Source: an uncultured Acidobacteriota bacterium (lineage in GTDB: Bacteria > Acidobacteriota > Thermoanaerobaculia > Multivoradales > JAHEKO01). Taken from it: DNA of 64,000 bases. The translations under genes and the position numbers were made by a program. The stretch spans positions 640,001-704,000 of the forward strand of contig CAVQNG010000003.1 of the NCBI GenBank assembly GCA_963713825.1. Direction: 5' to 3'. Below, one piece after another: positions 1 through 9,394 of this stretch (position 1 is the stretch's first letter; every line of letters begins with the position of its first letter). The notes below the pieces were generated by a model. That model ran no database searches and had not been told where the DNA came from. It saw only the letters and a program-made list of their open reading frames with translations.

Positions 1-61
1 GAACTCTCGGTTTGCGCTGCAGAGACTCGCGAGTCGAAGTTCTGCTTTCTCTGCTACAGGG

Positions 62-3000
62 GTGGCGGCTCCGGGCACCGGTGCGATCACAGGGACTGTA
101 ACGGAAGTGGGTAGCGGCACGCCCCTGTCGGGGACCTATGTCGAGATCTACAACTCGTCCGGCTCCTATGTCGAGGCCACCTTCACCAATGGTTCAGGGG
201 TGTACACCTCGACAACCGGACTCGATACCGGTGACTACTACGCCCGGACCTACAACCAGAGTGGCCACATCGATGAGCTCTACGACGATATTCAGTGTGT
301 TGGTTGGTGCACGGTTACCACTGGTACTCCGGTAGGCGTGACCGACGGGCTGACGACCAGCGGCATCGATTTCGCTCTGACCCCTGGCGGCCGCACTTCC
401 GGCACGGTCACCGAGGAGGTCGGCTTCAGTGGGATCTCCGGGGTCTATGTCGATATCTACGACTCGACTGGCAGGTACGTATCCGAGGGCTATACCGACG
501 GGGCCGGCAACTACATCAGCGATGCCGGACTCCCGACGGGTAACTACTATGCCCGCACCTATAACGGCGACGGCTATATCGACGAGCTCTATGACGACAT
601 TCAGTGCGTGGGTAACTGCGACAAGACCAGCGGTACGCCCATCGCTGTAACCATCGGCGTCGAAACCACCGGCATCGATTTCGAGCTCGCGGAAGGCGGC
701 CTGATCTCAGGGTCCGTCGAGGATGGCAGCACCCACCTCCCGATCTCTTCCGCCTGGGTGAACGTCTACAACAGCAGCGGCAACTACGTCTCTACCGAGT
801 ACCCGGATGGGGCTGGGATCTACACCTCGGAAACGGGTCTGCCTACAGGCACCTACTACGCTCGCACCAACAACGATGACGGCTACCTCAACGAGCTCTA
901 CGATGACATCCTCTGCACCAACGACTGTACTGTGACCACTGGAACGCCCATCGCCGTCACGAAGGGAGCCACGACCTCGGGCATCGACTTCGAGCTCGTG
1001 AAGGGTGGCGCCATCGAGGGAACGGTCACTGAAGAGGGAACCGGAACACCTCTGGACAGCGGCTTCATCAGGATCTACAACGCCTCCGGAGACTATCTCG
1101 CCAGTTCCTACCCTGACGGCGCCGGGAACTACAAGACCTCCGCCGGTCTGGTCTCTGGCACCTACTACGCTCTGACCCGGAGCTTCGAGGGCTACCTCCA
1201 TGAGCTCTACGACGACCTGCCCTGCTACTTCGGGTGCACCGTGACGGACGGAACACCCATCAACGTCACCGCCGGCAGCACGACCTCCAACATCGACTTC
1301 GCCCTGGTCCAGGGTGGCCTAATCGCCGGCACCGTCACGGAGGACGGCACCAGCAACGGGCTCGATGAAGGCTATGTCGGGATCTACGATGCGTCCGGAG
1401 ACTGGACAATTGATACCTATCCAGAGGCAAACGGCGACTACGTTACTTATGCAGGTCTCCCCGCCGGCACCTATTACGCTCGTACCTGGAGCTTCGAGGG
1501 ATATTTCGAGGAGCTGTACGACGACATTCCCTGCGACGGCGGCTGCACTGTCACCGATGGGACTCCGATTGTCGTCACTGCAGGCAACACCACTTCCAAC
1601 ATCGACTTCGCTCTTCTCGAGGGCGGCTCGATCACCGGCACCGTGACAGAACAGGGTACCTCCACGAAGCTCGCCAACATCGACGTGAACATCTACGACA
1701 GCGGGGGAACCTGGGTCGCCGAGGGCTGGACGGACGCCAACGGTGACTATGCAAGCTCGGTGGGCCTGACGACCGGTACCTACTACGCCAGGACCTACAA
1801 CTCGGACAGCTACATCAACGAGCTCTACGACGATCTGCCCTGCGCCGGCGGCTGCACTGTCACCGATGGCACGCCGATCGCCGTCACCATCGGAACAACC
1901 ACTTCGGGCATCGACTTCGCGCTGGTGAAGGGCGGGACCATCTCCGGCACAGTTACCGCCGACGGCTCGGGAACCCCTCTCGACAGCGGTTACGTCAGAA
2001 TCTACGACTCGAGCTCCAACTCTCTGTTCAGGGCCTACCCGAACACCTCCGGCGTCTATGAGACCGACACAGGACTCCCGTCGGGCACCTACTATGCCAA
2101 GGCGCAGAGTTTCGAGGGCTATGTGACCGAGCTCTACGATGACATCCCCTGCGCCTTCGGATGCACCGCCACCGACGGCACTCCGATCGCTGTCACAGGG
2201 GGTGCTACCACAGCCGACATCGACTTCGCGCTCGACGCAGAGGCTTCGATCTCCGGTGCGGTCACCGACGACACCACCCACGCTGGTCTCGATACTGGCT
2301 ATCTCTACTTCTACGATGCGAGTGGGAATTCGCTGACGAGCGTCAATCCGGACGCCAATGGCGATTACAGTCTCGGGGGCCTCCCTGGCGGCACCTTCTA
2401 CGCTAGAACCTTCAGCTTCGAGACCTACTATGAAGAGCTCTACGACGACATCGACTGTTCCGACGGCTGCACGATCACCGATGGCACGCCGATCGTGGTC
2501 ACGGCAGGCGCCACGACGAGCGGAATCGACTTCGAGCTCACCAAAGGAGGCTCCATCTCCGGCACCGTCACCGAGGGCAGCGGCCACGCCGGCCTCGACA
2601 CCGGAAGGGTCGACATTTACGCCGACAACGGGGACTGGGTTGCCCGAGGGTACCCGGACGTCTCTGGTTTCTATACCTCAACCAAGCCCCTGGCTGCTGG
2701 TACCTATTTCGCTCGGACCTACAGCTTCGAGGGTTACCAAGACGAGCTCTATGACGACATCTCCTGTGTGGGCGGCTGCACGATCACTTCGGGCACCCCC
2801 ATCGTCGTCACTGCGGGCGCAACGACGAGCGGGATCGACTTCGAGCTGGATGTCGGAGGCTTCATCTCAGGCACCATCACCGACGACACCTCCCACGACC
2901 CGCTCGATACGGGATACGTCGACATCTACAACGCTGCAGGAAGCTGGGTGTCCAGCGCCTATCCCAATGCCTCTGGAGACTACATCTCGAACAACGCCCT

Positions 3001-3535
3001 CCCCACCGGCTCCTACTACGCCCGCACGGGGAGTTTCGAAGGCTACTTCAACGAGCTCTACGACAACCTTCCGTGTAACGACGGGTGCACCGCGACCGAC
3101 GGAACGCCCATCCTGGTCACAGCCGGCCTGACCACCTCGAGCATCGACTTCGAGCTCGCTGCGGGAGGGCTGATTTCCGGGACGGTCACCGACGCTAGGA
3201 CCGGATCGCCACTGGATTTCGGGCGGGTCTCCATCTACAACGCCACCGGCGGCTACGTGACCAGGGGCTATCCCGATTCGTCGGGGGACTACACCGTGCA
3301 GAAAGCGCTCGAGGCGGGCACCTACTACGCCCGCACCTCGAGCTTTGAGGACTACTTCGAGGAACTCTACTCGGAGATCTCCTGTGCGCTGGACTGCACG
3401 ATCACGAATGGCACGCCGATCTCGGTGACCCTCGGCTCCGAGACGACCGGCATCGACTTCACCCTGGACCGGTCGGTCTTCGCCGATGGTTTCGAGTCGG
3501 GCAACCTGTCCTCCTGGTCCGCGACTGTGCAGTAG
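62..3535 (+). CDS. Large secreted/surface protein with 11 tandem ~103-aa carboxypeptidase-regulatory-like (transthyretin-fold) repeats and a C-terminal FADGFESG tail; probably 5'-truncated by the window edge
   Basis: Repeat G.I.GTVT...YYART....Y..ELYDD..CxxxC...GTPI.VT.G.TTSGIDF.L occurs 11 times; the frame is open back to position 2; ends VFADGFESGNLSSWSATVQ. Confidence 0.88.
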   Translation: MAAPGTGAITGTVTEVGSGTPLSGTYVEIYNSSGSYVEATFTNGSGVYTSTTGLDTGDYYARTYNQSGHIDELYDDIQCVGWCTVTTGTPVGVTDGLTTSGIDFALTPGGRTSGTVTEEVGFSGISGVYVDIYDSTGRYVSEGYTDGAGNYISDAGLPTGNYYARTYNGDGYIDELYDDIQCVGNCDKTSGTPIAVTIGVETTGIDFELAEGGLISGSVEDGSTHLPISSAWVNVYNSSGNYVSTEYPDGAGIYTSETGLPTGTYYARTNNDDGYLNELYDDILCTNDCTVTTGTPIAVTKGATTSGIDFELVKGGAIEGTVTEEGTGTPLDSGFIRIYNASGDYLASSYPDGAGNYKTSAGLVSGTYYALTRSFEGYLHELYDDLPCYFGCTVTDGTPINVTAGSTTSNIDFALVQGGLIAGTVTEDGTSNGLDEGYVGIYDASGDWTIDTYPEANGDYVTYAGLPAGTYYARTWSFEGYFEELYDDIPCDGGCTVTDGTPIVVTAGNTTSNIDFALLEGGSITGTVTEQGTSTKLANIDVNIYDSGGTWVAEGWTDANGDYASSVGLTTGTYYARTYNSDSYINELYDDLPCAGGCTVTDGTPIAVTIGTTTSGIDFALVKGGTISGTVTADGSGTPLDSGYVRIYDSSSNSLFRAYPNTSGVYETDTGLPSGTYYAKAQSFEGYVTELYDDIPCAFGCTATDGTPIAVTGGATTADIDFALDAEASISGAVTDDTTHAGLDTGYLYFYDASGNSLTSVNPDANGDYSLGGLPGGTFYARTFSFETYYEELYDDIDCSDGCTITDGTPIVVTAGATTSGIDFELTKGGSISGTVTEGSGHAGLDTGRVDIYADNGDWVARGYPDVSGFYTSTKPLAAGTYFARTYSFEGYQDELYDDISCVGGCTITSGTPIVVTAGATTSGIDFELDVGGFISGTITDDTSHDPLDTGYVDIYNAAGSWVSSAYPNASGDYISNNALPTGSYYARTGSFEGYFNELYDNLPCNDGCTATDGTPILVTAGLTTSSIDFELAAGGLISGTVTDARTGSPLDFGRVSIYNATGGYVTRGYPDSSGDYTVQKALEAGTYYARTSSFEDYFEELYSEISCALDCTITNGTPISVTLGSETTGIDFTLDRSVFADGFESGNLSSWSATVQ

Positions 3536-3542
3536 CCGGAGA

Positions 3543-3743
3543 TCAGTCGTGGTGATCGGCCGGGCTCAGGTTCTCGGCGCCGGGTAGGAGACCGATCAAC
3601 TGGGACGGGTCGTGGATCAGGATCGGCAGATGCTGTGGACAGATCCAGAGTGGTGAGTCCTGGTATTCCAGGTGGACCAACGGTGTCTCATCGGTGCCTC
3701 GCTTACAGGCCAGGCATTGCTTGTCGCTAGCTTCGTTCGTCAT
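3543..3743 (-). CDS. Small (66 aa) putative Zn-binding protein
   Basis: ATG at 3743 with AAGGAG RBS; CLAC...CPQH motif; directly downstream of the polyferredoxin. Confidence 0.7.
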   Translation of the reverse strand: MTNEASDKQCLACKRGTDETPLVHLEYQDSPLWICPQHLPILIHDPSQLIGLLPGAENLSPADHHD

Positions 3744-3789
3744 GAGCTTCTCCTTTTGGATTTCGAGACTCTCGCTTTGACCGGAGAGC

Positions 3790-4878
3790 TCATTCCGCCT
3801 GAGTACCCTGCACGTTGGAAGATCCCGGATGGCCGTACGCAGGGTCGTCCATGTTCTGGATCCGATGGACATACTCTTCGTCGCTGATGTCGTTGGCCCA
3901 CTGGCCGGTCAGTCGCGCCGCCGAGTACCCAATCACGAACAGCATCAGAATCGCCGCAGCATAGGCCGGGATGCTCATTCGGCGACCGGCCGCCTTGAGG
4001 GCGAGCGCATCGTCAACCGGGCAGACCGCCACACAGTCCACACAACCGGTGCATTCCACGCTGCGAACTACCGTTGATCTCGAAATGGGAAGCCGCGACA
4101 TGCACACCTTGTCGCACAGGCTGCAATCGATGCACTTGTCCGCGTTGCGCTCTACCCTCACTGGCGAGAGCCATGAGAAAAACCCAAGAAGGGCGCCGTA
4201 GGGACACCCATATCGGCACCAGAAACCCTGGATGAAGACCGAGCCCACCGCCAACCCAACCATAACGACGATCCCGACCTGGCCCAGATTGAGGAAGAAC
4301 AGACCCATCTTGATGTCCGCTACCTTGTTATAGGGCGACTCGATGAAGGCCTGTAGCGCCGCGCCGCTCATGGTGAAGATGGCCCAAACGAAAAATCCCA
4401 GAATCAGGTACTTGAGGCTCTGCAACGTCCAGTCGAGCCACTTCCAGGGACGGAAGTTGTGGCCGCAGATCTTGCGTCCCAGTTTGGCCAGGTACTCGGA
4501 CAGCATCCCGACCGGACAGATCCACGAGCAGAAGGACTTGCGAAGCAGCAAAGCCATGAGCAGGACGACGAGTACGAGGATCGTCGCCGCCGGATGAATG
4601 CGATTGAGCGTCCCCTGATAGACCCAGTCGAGAATCCCCATCAGCCCGCTGATGGGCAGGAAGCCCTCGACCCCTGGTGGGCGCTGCGGTAGTGGCAACT
4701 GTCCAGCTTTCGCCGCCAGATAGAAGCGAGTGAGCTGGAAGCCCAGCAAGACACAGATCCCGGCAAAAAGCCACTGCACCAGCAGACGAATGCGATAGGT
4801 CCGATGGCGCTTGGGTCCGGAAAGGCCAAACAGCCAATCGCTAGCCCTATCTTTCAGTGCACTCTGTTGTTTCTGCAT
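3790..4878 (-). CDS. Membrane polyferredoxin, 4Fe-4S binding (NapH/MauN/YccM family)
   Basis: Two CxxxCP motifs (FCSWICP, WCRYGCP), two CxxCxxCxxxC clusters and TM helices; GGAGGAG RBS. Confidence 0.88.
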   Translation of the reverse strand: MQKQQSALKDRASDWLFGLSGPKRHRTYRIRLLVQWLFAGICVLLGFQLTRFYLAAKAGQLPLPQRPPGVEGFLPISGLMGILDWVYQGTLNRIHPAATILVLVVLLMALLLRKSFCSWICPVGMLSEYLAKLGRKICGHNFRPWKWLDWTLQSLKYLILGFFVWAIFTMSGAALQAFIESPYNKVADIKMGLFFLNLGQVGIVVMVGLAVGSVFIQGFWCRYGCPYGALLGFFSWLSPVRVERNADKCIDCSLCDKVCMSRLPISRSTVVRSVECTGCVDCVAVCPVDDALALKAAGRRMSIPAYAAAILMLFVIGYSAARLTGQWANDISDEEYVHRIQNMDDPAYGHPGSSNVQGTQAE

Positions 4879-5112
4879 TTCACACTTCTCCTCCGCTGTC
4901 GGGCACCCTCGAGGCCAGGGGCCACACGTCGGCGAGTCGTCTTGGTCAGGTGCGCTTCGAGGCCAGCGGTGAGCGACTCCAACAGCGTTCTGAAACAGCC
5001 TAGCCGATTCTGCACGCCACCGAAATGACGAATATCAGGTCTCTCGGGCTAGCCTACGGACCTACGAACCACGGCCGGTTGTCGCTACAATCACCCGCAG
5101 GAGGTGGGGTGC

Positions 5113-5439
5113 ATGACAGAAACGAAGAAGATTCCCGAGACCTACCTACGCTTTCGCAAGAATTACCCGGAGATCGCTTCCAATTACGAGGCGCTTGGCA
5201 AGAGCGTCAACGAGTTGGGCGCGCTCGACGCCAGAACCGCGGCGCTCGTCAAACTCGCGCTGGCGGTTTCCCGACAGCGTGAGGGAGGCGTTCATTCCGC
5301 GGCGCGCAAGGCGTCCGACGTCGGGCTCGAGCCCGACGAGATGCGACAGGTGGCGCTGATGGCCATCACAACCATCGGGTTTTCCTCTGCAATGGCGGCC
5401 TATACCTGGATCGAGGACGTCGTCGGCACCAAAGAATAG
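5113..5439 (+). CDS. Carboxymuconolactone decarboxylase (CMD/AhpD-like) family protein
   Basis: ALDARTAALVKLALAV...GGVHSAARKA...G...DEMRQV pattern; GGAGG RBS; TACAAT upstream. Confidence 0.85.
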   Translation: MTETKKIPETYLRFRKNYPEIASNYEALGKSVNELGALDARTAALVKLALAVSRQREGGVHSAARKASDVGLEPDEMRQVALMAITTIGFSSAMAAYTWIEDVVGTKE

Positions 5440-5475
5440 GGCCTCGCCGCCCCACTGCCTCGAGGCCCAGCTGCC

Positions 5476-6219
<744 letters not shown>

Positions 6220-6240
6220 TCCCTCCAGCTGACCGTGGCC

Positions 6241-6633
6241 TCAATCCTGACGAGTGGCGTGGATGAGCGCCTCCATGTGGTCCAGATAGCGCTCGAGCGC
6301 TCGTCGCCCCTTCTGGGTCAGCTCGAACTCGGTCCTCGGATAGCGACCCACGAAGCTCTTCTTGCAGTCCACGTAGCCCGCCTCTTCCAGTTTGCGGGCG
6401 TGCACGCTCAGGTTACCGTCGGTCGTTTGTAACAACTCTTTCAATTCGGAGAAGGTCAGAGAGCTGTTGACGGTCAGGGCGCTCATCATGCCCAATCTCA
6501 CCCGCTCGTAAACGAGCCGGTCGAAATCTCGTGCCGTCGGATCCGCCAGATAGCCGGCCAGGCCCTCGAGGTTCTTCTTGGCCTTCTGCCGATGGTCTTC
6601 TGCCGTGTGCCTAGCCACTTGTCTCTTAGCCAC
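6241..6633 (-). CDS. Winged-helix transcriptional regulator (HTH_34/ArsR-MarR-like)
   Basis: RVRLGMMSAL...LTFSELKELLQTTDGNLSVHARKLEEAGYV...LTQKGRRALERYL. Confidence 0.9.
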   Translation of the reverse strand: MAKRQVARHTAEDHRQKAKKNLEGLAGYLADPTARDFDRLVYERVRLGMMSALTVNSSLTFSELKELLQTTDGNLSVHARKLEEAGYVDCKKSFVGRYPRTEFELTQKGRRALERYLDHMEALIHATRQD

Positions 6634-7240
6634 CGTAGCGCCTCGCGATGATCGCTCCGAACAGGATGTGAAATCCGCCGAACCCGGCCACCAGCAGGAG
6701 GTTGGCCCACGACACCGGCGCCCAGAGAGTCAGCGCGCCGAGTGCCATGAAGCAGAGCCCCATGATGGGGACGGGCCGGACTGAAAAGGTGCCACCGCTG
6801 ACGACACCACTGCCGTAGAGGAGCAACCAGAGCCCCGGGATCCAGCGGGCGGTCGCCGAGTCGCCAAGCGCCACTGTCAGGATGACCGCCGCTACCAGCG
6901 GCGGCGTGACGCTGAACAGGAACCGCCGGCCCACACCCTGCGACAGGCTGACTCCAAGCCCCTTCGCTTTCCGAGCCATGAACCAGCCGCCCACCATCAG
7001 TGCAACGACGGCATCGCCAACCCAGATGGCCAGCCAGTGCTCAGCCAGCGGGGGGGTGGCGGCCAGAAGGCCAGCGATGATCGCCGTGCAACCGATCACG
7101 ATCGCCCCCCAACCGGGAACCGAGGTGAAGGCGGCCGACGACTCCATCGCAAGCCGAATGAAGCGCAGGTTGTCCATGGCATGCGAATGCATGTCCACGG
7201 GTTCCTTTTCTCTCGGCGGTATCGGTGCAGCAGCTCGCAT
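6626..7240 (-). CDS. Conserved membrane protein (about 6 TM), first gene of the wHTH-uppS operon
   Basis: AMDNLRFIR..ME N-terminus, hydrophobic helices and GFGGFHILFG C-terminus; overlaps the regulator start; start codon uncertain. Confidence 0.8.
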   Translation of the reverse strand: MRAAAPIPPREKEPVDMHSHAMDNLRFIRLAMESSAAFTSVPGWGAIVIGCTAIIAGLLAATPPLAEHWLAIWVGDAVVALMVGGWFMARKAKGLGVSLSQGVGRRFLFSVTPPLVAAVILTVALGDSATARWIPGLWLLLYGSGVVSGGTFSVRPVPIMGLCFMALGALTLWAPVSWANLLLVAGFGGFHILFGAIIARRYGG

Positions 7241-7248
7241 GGCGCGCA

Positions 7249-7297
7249 ACGGTAGTGGATCGATTCCGTCTTGTCAAGTACTTTACAACAAAAAGCA
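7249..7297 (-). promoter_or_regulatory. Sigma70-like promoter (TTGACA-17-TACCGT) with an adjacent TRCTTT-N7-AAAGYA palindromic operator
   Basis: tgtcaa at 7272-7277, acggta at 7249-7254, tactttacaacaaaaagca at 7279-7297. Confidence 0.5.
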
Positions 7298-7426
7298 TAG
7301 ATTCGCACCTGTGCATGAATCGATATACGCGCCAGCCTCGTCGGCTCGCCACGAGTCGCTCTCGAACCCGGTCCGTCGATGCTAGGATCGCTGCGTTTCC
7401 TGCCTGCCAGGTACGAAAGGAGAGCG

Positions 7427-9394
7427 GTGGAAGGATCGATCGATTACGAGCAAGTAGGGCTGCGGGTCGGGTTGGAGGTTCACCAGCAGCTCCTCACCGA
7501 CCAGAAGATGTTCTGCCGGTGTCCTGCGGGGCTCTACACAGAGACTCATGACGGCGTCATGTTGCGCCACATGCGCCCCACGCTGTCCGAGTTGGGCGAG
7601 TACGACGGCACGGCTCTGATGGAGTTCAAGACGAAGAAGAACATCGTCTATCTCCTCCACAAGAGCAACGTCTGCACCTATGAGATGGACGACACACCCC
7701 CCTTCATCGTCAATCGGCGGGCCATCGACATCGCCATCGAACAGTGCCTGATGCTGGGCTGCGATGTCGTAGACGAGGTTCACATCGCCCGCAAGCAGTA
7801 CCTCGACGGGTCGATTCCCACCGGCTTTCAGCGTACGGCCATCGTCGGTGTCAATGGCCGTCTGCCCTTTCGCGGTCGCGAGTTGACGGTCATCCAGGTG
7901 AGTGTCGAAGAGGACAGCTGCCGCGAAGTCCAGGACAGGGGACACCTGGCGGTCTGGCGCACCGATCGATTGGGCATGCCCCTGATTGAAACGGTCACTG
8001 GGCCAGAGCTCACGACGCCGGAAGAGGTGGAGGAGGCCATTCTGCTCATCGGGCGCGTCTGCCGCTCCACCGGCCATGTTCGTGTCGGCATGGGGGCTAG
8101 TCGCCAGGATGTCAATGTCTCCGTCAGGGGTGGCCGCAGAGTGGAGATCAAAGGCGTCCCCAAGGCCAGTCATGCCCGCCAATTGGTCCACAGCGAAGCC
8201 GTGCGACAGGTCGAGCTACTCAAACTGCGCGACGAGTTGCATCGTCGCGGTTTCGAGAAGCCCTCCGATATCGTCATGGAACACGTCGACATCACGACTC
8301 TCGTCGCCGACTTCCAACTCGATTCCCTGCAACGGGACAACTGGCAGCGCTTCGTCGAAGCTGAAGAGATGCGACGGGGCATGGAGCTGGCTGAAGGCCC
8401 TTTCAGCGTGCGAGCCATCCGCCTGCCGCGCCTTGCCGGCACGATCGGACGACCCTGTCAACCAGGCAGGACTTTCGCGCACGAGCTGGCGGGGCGCGTC
8501 AGGGTCATCGCCACCCTCGATCAGCCACCGATCCTTGTCGACTCTGACGACTGGCCTGACTATCCGGGCGGCATCGAAGAGTTGGAGGAGATCCGCCAGG
8601 CAGCCGCCTGCACCCCCGAAGATGCGCTGGTGGTGGTGTGGGGCATCGAAAGCGACACCATTACTGCCGCCAAGGAGATCCAGCTGCGCTTCGCGGAGGC
8701 CACCGAGGGCATCCCTCACGAGACGCGCCAGGCGCTCGACGACGGCTGCACCGACTTCGAGCGCATCCTCCCCGGCCCCGACCGCATGTATCCGGACACC
8801 GACAGCCCCGCCCAACTCGTCACTCGCGAGCGCGTACACGGCCTGAAGGTCGATCTACCCGAGCCGCCTTGGCAACGAGAGGAGCGCTACAGCGCCGCCG
8901 GTGTATCGACCCCGACGATCCACTTCCTGATTCGGCGAGGTGGAGCCGGCTTGGTGGATCGGGTCGTCGAGGACACCGGATTCGACCTGCGGCGAGCCTG
9001 CCTCTTCTTTGGTGAGGAGCTCAAGGGCCTGCGACGCTCGAGCCTCGCCGTGGACAAGATCACCGAGAATCGGTGGTGTGATCTCTTCGCGCACCTCCAG
9101 AAGCAGCCGGTGCTCTGGGAAGTCCGCCGACAGCTGGTGGAAGGCCTGGTGTACGAGCCCAAAGCCTCCGTCGATGCAGTGATCGCTGCGGATCACCTCG
9201 GTGAGGAGCCGGCTGGCTGGCAGGCAGACGTGACCAAAGCCATGAAAACCACCGCCGCCCGAGGACTCGAAGGGGACAAGCTCGTCGGCACGGTCATGGG
9301 GCTGGTCCTGAGCACCCTGCGTGGCCGAGTGCCGGCAGTGCGAGTCCTCCACGTGATTGACGAGCTGCAAGCGAGGAAGAACGAGAATGACTGA
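7427..9394 (+). CDS. gatE: Glu-tRNA(Gln) amidotransferase subunit E (archaeal type)
   Basis: GTG start with AAGGAG RBS; IDYEQVGLRVGLEVHQQL, RHMRPTLSELGEYD, DGSIPTGFQRT, EEDS, DRLGMPLIE, RQDVNVS, VEIKGV and RMYPDTD; central insertion domain. Confidence 0.95.
   Translation: MEGSIDYEQVGLRVGLEVHQQLLTDQKMFCRCPAGLYTETHDGVMLRHMRPTLSELGEYDGTALMEFKTKKNIVYLLHKSNVCTYEMDDTPPFIVNRRAIDIAIEQCLMLGCDVVDEVHIARKQYLDGSIPTGFQRTAIVGVNGRLPFRGRELTVIQVSVEEDSCREVQDRGHLAVWRTDRLGMPLIETVTGPELTTPEEVEEAILLIGRVCRSTGHVRVGMGASRQDVNVSVRGGRRVEIKGVPKASHARQLVHSEAVRQVELLKLRDELHRRGFEKPSDIVMEHVDITTLVADFQLDSLQRDNWQRFVEAEEMRRGMELAEGPFSVRAIRLPRLAGTIGRPCQPGRTFAHELAGRVRVIATLDQPPILVDSDDWPDYPGGIEELEEIRQAAACTPEDALVVVWGIESDTITAAKEIQLRFAEATEGIPHETRQALDDGCTDFERILPGPDRMYPDTDSPAQLVTRERVHGLKVDLPEPPWQREERYSAAGVSTPTIHFLIRRGGAGLVDRVVEDTGFDLRRACLFFGEELKGLRRSSLAVDKITENRWCDLFAHLQKQPVLWEVRRQLVEGLVYEPKASVDAVIAADHLGEEPAGWQADVTKAMKTTAARGLEGDKLVGTVMGLVLSTLRGRVPAVRVLHVIDELQARKNEND

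Noticed and set aside
62-3535. CRISPR, DGR or DNA-level tandem array in the repeat gene
   Set aside because: The repeats are in-frame ~309-bp protein domains diverged at synonymous sites; no reverse transcriptase or adenine-specific pattern.
4879-5020. Riboswitch in the polyferredoxin leader
   Set aside because: Some pairing (gagtcg/cgactc) but no recognisable conserved riboswitch motif.
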